Shown piece after piece: positions 1-56,300 of a stretch of DNA of 64,000 nucleotides (positions are counted from its first letter, which is position 1; each line of letters opens with the position of its first letter). The notes under the pieces were generated by a model. That model made no database searches. It saw nothing but the letters and a program-made list of their open reading frames with translations, and had not been told where the DNA came from. The translations under genes were made by a program, and so were the position numbers. Source of the DNA: Antedon mediterranea (taxonomy: Eukaryota > Animalia > Echinodermata); the NCBI RefSeq assembly GCF_964355755.1, contig NC_092675.1:18138912-18202911 (forward strand). The letters are read 5' to 3'.

Positions 1-970
1 CTTATGATTTAGTTAGTAGGCAAGCATAACCACCAAGCTACAGTCTACATTATTTTCTAAGGATGAGTTAATGTATTTAAAAAAAAATTGTTGTGTAAAT
101 ATAAATTTACAGTGAATTTATATATTTTTAAATTAGATTCACACGTTACTTATACAGTACTTTGTAAAAAAACCCAATCCCGTCTTAGTTGCTCCACCTC
201 CCTCCCTCCAAAGCTCATGCATATTCAACAAGTTGATTGATCACATGATGCTTCAGAAAGAAACTCATTATATTTGACTTTTAATATCAGTCAAATTTTT
301 GAATAAATTACAATTGTATTCCCATGTTTTCATATTTGAACATGTATGTAGACTCCATGTCTGTAGCTTGCCGGAACAACAATGATACGGATATGAAATG
401 ATGGTATCTATTACGATCAATTCTCCTCTAAATACAAATGCTTGTTTTAATGATAAAATATACATTTTTTCTAGACAAGTGTAATATGTCAAATGTTGTC
501 TGTATATATTTTCTGCATAATATTTGATGACTGCTGCTTGTTGAATTAAATTTGGTAATTCAAAGATATTCTCAAATTATGTGAATAAGAAGTAATTGGA
601 TTTCTACAGTAGAAACATACAGAGTACATAATGTTATTTAAAAATGATTCGCTTTTGAGAAGTTTGAGAAAATGCAATTTATTTCATAAAGTTTTATCAT
701 TGTTGTTTATTTTATTGTTTTACCACACACAAATGTAAACATAACATTAGTATTACAGATTAAACATAATTCAGATAAATAACAAGTTTTAACTTTAAAA
801 ATGCCTCAAATAGATTCTAGAGAAATGTGTGGCAAGGGACCAAAATCTTTGAAACTTTAAGGCATGGCCTGTCATTTGTAAACACATATACAGTAATATA
901 TAATGTTAATTTATGCATCTTCCTTAACATGTCATTTGATTAAAACGATAGATCATCCTTTTTTTTACAG

Positions 971-45043
<44,073 letters not shown>

Positions 45044-46872
45044 GTTTCATTCCAATATTTCTGTACTTAGAGTATTATGATAAAGTATGTAAATTGAACA
45101 TTTCTTTAAAAGAACACAAAAATCTGTGAGATGGACTAAGGCTCTACTATTAGACCACTGTCATACTGTATTTATGGTATGTTTGGAAAAAAATCAATGA
45201 GGAATTTTAGCTGAAAGACAGAAACTGTATACATTACTAAAATAAATAATAATTTCTAAGATGCAAAAATCTGTGAGAGAAAACAAAATTACCCGAACCA
45301 AAGCATGAACACATACTCTCTTGCTTGGCAGGTATACACCCAACCATTAGACCATTTTATGGTAAGTATAAGTCTGAATGCAAAATAAATCTTTCCACAA
45401 TTTAATGAGGTATTGCAAATAAATATGTATATTGTTCATAAATGAAAGAAGAGGTAGTTGGATTAAAACAAGTTTGACCAAAATTTGAAACTTTTACATG
45501 TCGTTGCCTCAATAATGTTTTATTTCTTATTTGTAATTATTACTTGTATATTTAATTATTCTAGCATAGGAAACATATAAAGGCTATTGTTTATGTATAA
45601 AATGTATATTCTAAAACAAACATGCCAAAAATGTAATGTACTTTGTTGTGAAAACTATTAGGAATTTAGTTACTGTATGTTAAAGTACATGTTCAAAGCA
45701 TAATATAATTTATGTAAGCAATTATGAGATTTAAACCAGGTCTATTGTTGACAACATGCCACCAGAGTAAAGACGTGTTTATAAACAATGGCAGTGTAGA
45801 ACACTATGGGGATTTTAATACATTATATTATATAAACTACAGAGAGATGAATTGTGTGTATAAATAATCAGATTAAATAGAAAGAATATGTATGTTGAAA
45901 TAAAAGAATATATTATATGTTTCTTTATGATTGGGCTTCGGTTGTACAACTACAGTATATATTAAAAAGCAAATATGATGTGCATTTTTTTTTAAAGCAT
46001 GTGATATGATTGTATAAACATCGAATAATTATCAATGTATACACAATAACTGATAATATATTAACATAAATTTGCATAAAGTACCTAATTATTTATATAA
46101 CCTTTGTACATAGAGAACATAGTCCTATCTGAATAATTGATACATGTCTTTTCTCTATATGGAATGTAGTTTATTGAACAAGGATATTGTTATGTGCTAT
46201 GGCATAATAAAATGATGATAATTGTTGGATGACATGATTTAACCATTAGAATAATTTAACATCATGGATGATACAAATAATTTGTTTTGCACTGTTTCCG
46301 TAATAAGCTAAATACCATAATTGGAGTTGGTTGTAGAACAATTGACACCATCAGCATAACAATTTCATATGCATCCATTTTCATCTTAATCTGAATTAAT
46401 AAACCTTTCGGGTTTTGTGCAAAATAAACATAATATATTGCTCAAAACATTTACTTATTTTTTTGTGTAAAATGATGCAATTTTTAACATTATTTAAATG
46501 ATTTATTTAGATTTTTGATTAATTTGTATGATGAACTTTTTAATGTTTTATGTAGTAAAATGCAGGACAAATTGAGATAATGGGTAAAATGAAGAAAGTT
46601 ACTTATAATGTTATAAACAGCACATGTTAACCTTGATAGCTATCCTCAAATTATGATTTTTTATACTGATTTACTGTATAATATATGATGTTTTAATAAA
46701 ATGTATGGGCTGTAATAAAATTGTACTTAATACTTGAAGCCCCAATAATTTTTTTAATATTTTCTGAAGCTTTATTCACACTGCATTTGAAATCTGAATA
46801 GTGCATCTGATGATTTCAAATTCTATTCACACTGTATCTCAACTGAAATTGAACAGTGACTCTTATTTCCCT

Positions 46873-47284
46873 TGATTAATTCAAAATATCATTTATATAT
46901 TGTAATAAACTTATTTATTTGCTATTTGTTTTAATTGTTATTAACAAATGAATTTATTTGTATGTACTAAATATTATAAATAAATTACAGTTATTTTAAA
47001 TGTTTTTATTGCATTTAACCTACATTAAACATTTTTTTTTGTTATTAATAATATAATGTATCATATGAACAAAAGTGATATGATTAATTCAAAATATCAT
47101 TTATTGTAATCAACTTATTTATTTTCTATTGTTTTTTATTTTTTCTATTAACGAATGAATTTATTTGTATGTACTAAATATTATAAACAAATTACAATTA
47201 TTTTAAATGTTTTTATTGCATTTAACCTACATTAAACATTTTTTTTGTTATTAATAATATAATGTATCATATGAACAAAAGTGA
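46873..47284. repeat. Tandem duplication of about 205 bp downstream of the WDFY3 stop
   Basis: 46873-47078 and 47081-47284 both run TGATTAATTCAAAATATCATTTAT ... CATATGAACAAAAGTGA. Confidence 0.92.
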
Positions 47285-48539
47285 ATTACACGTGCTGTGT
47301 AAAGAAACACATTAAACATTATTTTATGTGGTGCTATGTTTTTTTTGTTATTTTTTTTTAGTTGCTATATATCAACATGTATAATGTAACATATGTTTTG
47401 CATTGCTTAGTTATTTTATTGGTTTTGAAGGGGTTTTTGAGAATCTGTTTTCTAAACATTGAAGCACAATCAATATTAGCATATATAAATGGCATTAGCA
47501 ATCGAACAATTAATATGTAGATTGTTCTGTTTATTTTAAAATTAATTTAGCTTTTTTTTTTATGAAAGGTTTATTATTAATTTGCAATGGTCTTAAATAT
47601 GAACCCAAGGGAGACTTTTCTTTTTGACTAATTGGGCCACCCTGGAAAAATATTGTGAATAAATAAATAAATGTTTAATTACATAATAATGTTTCTAGAA
47701 AACAGTAAACAAGACTATTTTTTAGATGCCAATATATTTTCTGCCAAAAAGTTTTGGAAAAAATTTACGCATACTTTCTTTCTTTCTTTCTTTATTAAAA
47801 ACAAACCAATTGGCAGCAAATCTGCTGAATTGCATGGTAAGGGACAATATACATCAAAAGACAAGTAAAGTAATAGTCATCATTAAACAAAATAATCGCA
47901 ATTACAAAATATATGTAATCACGCAAACCATATCTCACATTTTATTATATTACAGCATTTTAATATTACTGTAAAACCAATTGCAATTGATCGATTTATA
48001 TTTACGTTGTTTACATTTAATTTCTATTATTTGACTTCTTATTTTATTGTATGCATTTCATACAATCTAAATTCTTATCTTACGTTTAAAAGGTGTAGAT
48101 GGATATGGAAAGGTTTTATCACTATTCCGTGGTGTTTTTTTTTCAAAAGGCTGTTAAAAAGTTAAATGTTTTTCTCTAGGGGTAATAAGTAAATAAATAA
48201 TAAAGTAGATATATAGTACGGTACATAAGACATCGACCATATCATTGTAAACTATTTTTGTTGGTTAAACCATGAAGAAAACGTATATATTATGCCATGG
48301 AGAAATAATTTCTCCATAAGAAAATGTCATTTGCTCCTTGTTTATTGTAGATTCCATATCTTTATCGAGATAATGTATAATAATATTTAGACAAAATGTA
48401 AAATTGCCTGTGCAATCTTTTAAATATCCATTATTCCGATGATGTCACTAATGTTCTGAATATGGTAATGTATTAAATAAATAAAACATGGAGTTATCGT
48501 AATCAGTTCATTACTATTTTGTGTTATTCAATAGTAAAA

Positions 48540-48860
48540 CAATTCTGGACAGCCAAGTTCAATTCAGTCTATTTATTGCTCAGAAGGCATCCTTTATTTG
48601 TATTGCCAATTTTCCTCCTTCAAAGAATAATATGTGATTTGCACTTTCATGTTTAGTTTTGGACATTTGAAAGGAATTAAGTTGGTCAATAATTATGTAC
48701 AGTTTATATAACCACGTTATTCAAACAAGTTCTAGATAATGTTGGAATGGTCAAACAAGCCTTCATTAACAACTCGAAGGCCCACTTATTTTGAATCGGC
48801 ATTTATTTATCATATGCCATCTGGAACACTCTGTCAGAGTTAAAGATTAAATTTTTATAA
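48540..48860 (+). mobile_element. Possible decayed CR1/L2 LINE 3' fragment
   Basis: Broken reading FESAFIYH..IWNTLS resembles the F..SF.Y....LWNSLP C-terminal motif of CR1/L2 ORF2, followed by an AT-rich tail. Confidence 0.3.
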
Positions 48861-49089
48861 TATTTTATATATAAATAATAATAATCATCAATAACAATTC
48901 AGTGAAATTAGACAGATTAAACAGTTAAAAATACTAAAGTCATGGAAACAACAGTAGGCACCTGTACAAAAATAATCATGAGATAAAAAGACAAATCGAA
49001 ATTATATGAAGAGAAAACCTCAGATTATATATAAATATAAACTCTTTGTGAAGTTACATCTCGACTTTTTCTTTTTTGACGATTTAGTT

Positions 49090-49292
49090 TATAAAATCCC
49101 GCCCTCTCACACAAAAACTATTATTTGCGCATGCGTCGTAAACACATGAGGTCAATATAAAGCGTAGTGGCGGATATGTCTGCTTTATGATATGGTTTAC
49201 TATTCTCATAATAGAACACTTTATTTTGTTTTTTCCTTTATTTGTTATTTGTGACTAGTAAACAACTAAAAATACTGATAATCCAGGTACGT
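49090..49292 (+). promoter_or_regulatory. Probable WAPL promoter and non-coding first exon
   Basis: Local CpG enrichment in very AT-rich DNA; GC box CCCGCCC (49098-49104); NRF1-like TGCGCATGCG (49126-49135); donor atccag|gtacgt at 49286/49287; acceptors at 50348 and 50355 just upstream of the ATG. Confidence 0.6.
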
Positions 49293-50370
49293 GAGACTGT
49301 CCGCTTTATGGTTATTGCATGTTAATTATGTTTAAAAAATAACATTTTGAAACGTTTCACCTCTTGAACCTGATTGATCGAGGCCCGAGACTGGTTGGCT
49401 CTGGAGATGGGAACTTGTCGCCGAATAAAACTGGGCCTAAAACAAGTGTATTCAGATGTTACGCTATATAAATGTTTGCAATGGGCCTAGAGAGGCCTGG
49501 GCTGTTACAGCATTCCTACTCTCTTTTTCGGTGCTATTATTCCCACATTATATATCATAGACTACCTATAATTAGGGCCTTTTTCGTATATTTTAACTGT
49601 TCAAAGTATTCATCTGCATCTCCTAACTAACAAAACCCACAACCTTCAACACTGCTATTGAGGTATTTTCATTTATTAATGGCAAGAATGTAAATTATAA
49701 TAGATTATTATGGTATTGAAACATTCCCAAACATGGCCGAGTACAGTATTTACTTTTTACTGTATGTTTTCCATCTAAATATTATACATCCTTTTATGTA
49801 CTGTATACTATCCTTTATTAACCTTTTAATGTAAAATATGTTCATTTTTAATTATAAGTTTGCATTCTTGCAAAATTCTATTGTACCCATAATAATATTA
49901 AAATCTTTATTAAATTAATGTAAATGTGAGGATGATTTAAATTGAATGTAAGTGACATCTCATTGTATAATTGACAACATCAACTTTTATTGATCTCATA
50001 AAAATAAAGAAGCTGCACTACTGTACAATACATATAGATATTAACCTACTGTGGCAGACTGCATGAGCAATGTAATTCCTATTTTCTTGGACAATAAAGG
50101 AATTTTGTAATTAAACATATTAGAAAATATATGTGCTGTGGTAGGCCTACTTTTATATGGATTTGTGCAACCACATTACATGAAACATTAATGTACATCT
50201 GCCTGTATTGCTCTCACCCTGTGACACTCTGAAATACAGTATAGATAATGATCATCTCTGCAAGATATCCATCCCCCCTTGTTACAACCTACTGTAATAA
50301 TAGGCTTTACTAATTTGTATAGATTATTATATTCGTTTTTTATTTTAGCTTTCAGATTACGTCGGTCAAA

Positions 50371-53300
50371 ATGCCGCGATATGGAAGTAAAACGTATGGC
50401 AAGTCGAAGCAAACGTCAGCAAACACACAATTTGAGGACGCTTATGATAACACTAAGCGTCCCGTCACAAGATCTAGTCCTAGTAAAGCAAACACTGCTC
50501 GTTCTACTCGCAGCTCCACTACCAACAGAAATGGAGAAGCACTTTCACCAGTGAAAAGACGCAGAGGAGGAGATATGGACCCGTTCAGTTTCAGTAGTGA
50601 TGAAGATCTATCCCCTCGGAAGCGTACCCCTGCGAAAAAAGAGAGTGATAAAAAGGTGACAGTTGATCCTTTTGATGATCTAAAAAACTCTTTAACTAAT
50701 AAATCAAGGACTAACCAAGATGTACATACTAATGTTAAGCGGTCTACAAGAGCTTCAAGCTCAAGTAATGACATTGACTTTCTTCCGTCACCAAATAAGC
50801 AAGAGTCTATTCTGAAATATACAAAAAAGAGAGTTATGAATGGACCTGAGGAAGAACTAGAAATTTTTGTAAAAGATGACATCAAAAAAACTGATAATGT
50901 AACTGAAGAAAACAAACAGGAAGAAGTAACAGAAAAAGTTGAAGAAAACGAACCAGAAGAAGAAAAAAGTACAATTGAAAAAGAAAGAGAAATGCGCGAA
51001 CAACAAGATCTTGATTTTTGGAGTCGCATACTTGATTTAGAAGATGATCCAACCAAATCTAATAGCGAGAAAAAAACTGTAACAAAGGTCGCCGTTGCAC
51101 CGAAATCAAAAGCAAGACATGTTAATGATTGCCAGGAGGCATCAACAAGTAGCAATGTCACGGAATTTCTTCCTCCATCACCGAAAAAATTTGACCATAC
51201 TTATAGTCGCGATGTGAAAATAAAAGGCCAGTCGTCTCCAGCAGATCATACATACAGCAAAGAGAAAAAGGGTAGCAGCATTGCAGCCCCATCAACCTCA
51301 TCTTCTTTAGATTCTAGTCAACAATCAATAGAGATGGGATCTTCACAATCAAGTTTATTATCCTCCTCGCAAATGAGTACTGAATCCTCTCATTTACCTA
51401 GTTCTCAGGGTAGTTTTACGGCGGACGATGAGTTTGATTTTGATGATGATAGTCCATCATCGCAAGAGTCAATAAATCCAGCTGTAGCGAAGCTTTTATC
51501 CAAAGGTAAACGACCTGGTGTGCCTAGCACTCGCCTTCTTGGTCCAAAATCCAAAAAGATTTTCAACAATAGTCCTAAAAAGGTAAATATACTAGTAATA
51601 CTGCTTTATATTTTAATTAGTTTACAGTAAATATCCCTTAAAAATAAAAAAAATCAATTTCTTACTGTATTGTCTAAAGCTCTGTCTACACTATCAAACT
51701 AGTTTGACAAAAAACAAGATGTTTCCAAATATGGTAGTGATATGACATAGTCATTTCCATATATGGGCACATCACATTTTTGTCACATAAAGTTTGATAA
51801 AGTAGACTGAGTTAATTTTCAATAAAGGATGGTGCCTGGATTCAGGTTTTTATTTTGGTTTAATACAGTAAAAGGAACAATTTGTTGGCAGATTACAATA
51901 TTTTGTTCTTTGTTGACATTCAAGGAACAGTGATCTATTTTTTATGTTAAAATGTTGCTATATTCAATATCGTTTTCAAATAATTTTTATTATGATATAT
52001 TTTATTTATATTTCAGTCTCCTGGTAAGATTCGCTACAATGCAAGATCATGGCAGAGAGACCTCTCTCACACTGACGATTCTAGTGAGGTAAGTCTTATT
52101 ATTTTATATAATATTATACATGATTGCCTTTCTTATGCTAACAATAACATTCAGTGTCCTGTCAGTAGAACTTGCATGCAGGCATTTTCAAGTGGTAAAT
52201 GACAATTTGAGCATCTTTATGCATTTAATGCTGTAGATTTTTTTTTGTATTTAAAATCTAGCCTATGTAAATTAGGAAGTATGAGATTTGGTCATAGTAT
52301 AATTAATATGATTTTGATTCTAGGATACCTCATTAAGTGAACAACGTTCACGCCAGAGCCAGCCAAGCAGCAGCAGTGGAATCATGAAGCCACCACTCCC
52401 AGTACCAGCTAAGCCAACGGACAAGATGAAGCCACCAATGGGTGGTATCACTAAGCAAGTCATCTACCCGACCAGGCTAAACCATTCCATCGTTACCTCA
52501 TTAAAATGCCACCGGGAGGAAAAAGAGGTACAACTTCATTATCAACATTAACAGAGCACGATTAAATTACCCTTCTTAAGTTTGAATATTCACTCTGTAG
52601 GCCTGTAATATGTTTTGTATTTTAAAAAAAACATTTTTTCAACATGTACTTTATATACCCAGGGATGTTACGTAAAACTGTATTTGTGGATGACCAACTG
52701 CTGGGATGGTTTATTTACTAGATTACGTGGGATGAAGACATAAATATGAGTGACTGAACACACTCTACTTTGCTGACATATACATTATTTTGAATACTGT
52801 GATTAAGTTTAATTAAGTTTGTTATTTCTTTCTAGTTATACACAGTGGTAAAGAATGTAAAGCAGGCTCATCAATGCCAGGAGTCGGGTGAGAGTCAACA
52901 GTTCTTTGATGATATTGAGTATTTACTTGATGGACTTAGTAACATGGAACCAACATCAGTTAGGTGCCTCAGGTAAACCATATGCTGACCTTTTTTCTTT
53001 TTTTCTCTTTAGTGGGGGCAACCCACTTTTATTGCAATGATAAACAATATGGTGAAGGTTACAGTATATATGTCTGTCTATCTATTTATCAATGAATATT
53101 TAAGTGATATTACACAGACAGAGGTTAAAAGATTATATAAAATATTTTGATATTGTGTTGAAATCTAGATAAAACAAACATGTATACAGAGAAAATTTAT
53201 ATTACAGAGCTAAAACGATATAAAGATTGATATTCAGTATTAAAAAGAGATTTGATATAATATAAATATATATGATAAAATGGTATATTGCATTATAAGA

Positions 53301-56300
53301 TTATGTTTTGTTTGAATACTTTTATAAAATTGTTTAGTTTTACATTTTGAACATAATATTGCTTTTATTATTTATATGATAAAATAACAAACTAATAAAT
53401 ATTGCAAAGCTAAACCCAAACCGACCTTTTTTCTTTTGTTTATTATCATATTTTTATTATCATATTTTTATTATCATATTTTTATTATCATTTTATAACC
53501 AAATTGATAGTCTTACAGAATATTTTGTAGTCATGAATTAAAATGTTTAATTGTTTTTATTAATCTTTATAACGTGAATTTTTTTTTTATTCAATGTACT
53601 CTGCAAAATTCAAATAACTAAAATTTATGATTACTATTGTGAATGCCAACCTAGTTTCTTTCTGTTTATCTGGCATGTTTAATTAACAATTTTTAAAGTA
53701 ACTTTATTTATAATATTTTGTTTAGTATTATAAGCTTAGCCAGTAAGTGTTCAGCGCCCTCATTTCGTGTTCATCTCCGTGCACATGGTACTATTTCAAA
53801 ACTGTTCCGTGAACTTTATGATGCTGAAAGTGATCCTGTAAGTTCTTATTCCTTTTTTGCTAATATTTGGTTGAAGCAGTTTGATACTAGTTTTAAGATA
53901 TCTCAATACTTATATGTTCCTTGAATGGAAGTACCCATTTAAATACAGTACTCGTTCTAGAAAAACCCCTATTAAAAAACCCTTCCTGTGAAATGAATGA
54001 GTGGCAATATTTGTTGTCTTATAGCCACAAGAGTTGTTTGCCCCCCTCCCCTTCCCACTTTAATAGGGGTTTCTACTGTATGTGGTTGATGATACTATTT
54101 GTGATTAATAAACATTGCAAGCCAAAAGACCATATTGAAGACTCATGCTTATGTTTGTACCTACTGTTTGCTGTACGTAATTCATCATTATCTTGTATTG
54201 TTTTTTAATTCTACAGAGCCTTGCCATAAGCACTGCCTTTCTTATGTACATGCTTAGTCGAGATCGTCTTAACATGGATTACAATCGCCAAATTATTGCC
54301 CTATTGATCAAACTGTTGACCTACAAACCAGTTGATGTGACCTCCGACACGTCTGTTATTCAAGAATTTAGAAAGACTTTAGAAAAAGTGAAAGGTATTG
54401 TGGAAAAGATACCAGACACAAGTGCAGTCAAGCGTGATGTTGAGATTGATAAAATATCTGTAAGTAAATGTTATTGCTGTTCTGTTGTAGGCTCTTCAGC
54501 TCTGTCTACACTATCAAACTAGTTTGACAAAAAAAGTGTGATGTGCTTAAATATGGTAGTGATGTGCCCAAATATGGTAGTGATATGACATCATCATGTC
54601 CATATTTGAGCACATCACATTTTTCTGTCCATGAAGTTTGATAGTGTAGACAAAGCTTTATAGTTGTAGGAGGAAAGGCAAATGAAATGTAGTGATGCTT
54701 GATAATGCTATGGATCCCAGGGGCCTGGATTAAAATTCAAAACAGCAACACTACCAAAACAGATTGTCACTTGTACATTGCAGCAGTGAGGTAACTTGCT
54801 ATTAAAAATCCTTGGCAATTTATATAAATAGCAATATTTGTTTTATTGTTTTCCAGACAAACTACTTAGCCATGGAATGCCTGTTGTCTTTGTCTTCACG
54901 GAAGACAACAGATTGGTTGAAGGAAGAATTACGAAAATTAGGAGGCTTGGATTTTGTTGTTGATACAGGTAAGTAGTTTTCTTTTTTCTGAATGTTAGCA
55001 TAAATTTACTTACATTATAAGACATTTTTTGGCTCAAAAATTTTAATACAGGTATTGCCATATTCTAAAGCTTTGTCTACAGATGTAACAAAAAAAGTAA
55101 TTGTACCCATATATGGACATGATGATGACATATCACTACCATATTTAAACATATCACTACCATATTTGGCACATTTTGTTAAACTAGTTTGAGCTTTATA
55201 GAACATAGTCACATAATTCAACTTAAACTTATTTTTATTTTACAGTCTTTGAGCAGGTTTTGCTGGTTGAGGATGCTAAGACTTTAAGTGATGCTGATAT
55301 TTCTAGCTTGAAGCAGATTGAACGCTGTCAACGTGTGTTGGAGAATGCTGCGTTCTTAAACACTGTCAATCAGGAATACCTTATTAATTACAACCACTGC
55401 AGCCTGATAAATAGTCTAGCCCAGTATGTTTTCATTCTTTATTGATTACGACTGCAGCCTGATAAATAGCCTGGCTCAGTATTTTTTAATTCTGTATTGA
55501 TTACAACCACTGCAGCCTGATAAATAGTCTAGCCCAGTATGTTTTCATTCTTTATTGATTACAACTGCAGCCTGATAAATAGCCTGGCTCAGTATTTTTT
55601 AATTCTGTATTGATTACAACCACTGCAGCCTGATAAATAGTCTAGCCCAGTATGTTTTCATTCTTTATTGATTACAACTGCAGCTTGATAAATAGCCTGG
55701 CTCAGTATTTTTTAATTCTGTATTGAATACAACCAATGCATCCTGATAAATAGTCTAGCCCAGTATGTTTTCATTCTTTATTGATTACAACTGCAGCCTG
55801 ATAAATAGCCTGGCTCAGTATTTTTTAATTCTGTATTGAATACAACCAATGCATCCTGATAAATAGTCTAGCCCAGTATGTTTTCATTCTTTATTGATTA
55901 CAACTGCAGCCTGATAAATAGCCTGGCTAAGTATTTTTTAATTCTGTATTGAATACAACCAATGCATCCTGATAAATAGTCTAGTTCAGTATGTTTTCAT
56001 TCTTTATTAATTACAACCACTGCAGCCTGATATATAGTCTATCTCCGTATGTTTTTCCCTTTTATTAATTTACAGTCACTGCAGCCAGATAAATAGTCTA
56101 ACTTATAATGTTTTCCCTTTTACTAATTAAAACCACTGCAGCCTGATAAATAGTCTATAGCTTATTGTATGTTACCCTTTATTTAATTACAACTACTGCA
56201 GCCTGATAAACAGTCTAACTCAGTATGTTTTTCATGTTCATGAAGGCAGAAAGTTTGATAATATATTTATATCTTTGAGCAAATATTGTGGTTATGGCCC

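Noticed and set aside
50442-51161. 239-aa antisense ORF
   Set aside because: Shadow of the Lys/Glu/Asp-rich WAPL exon; low-complexity S/F/L composition and no independent signals.
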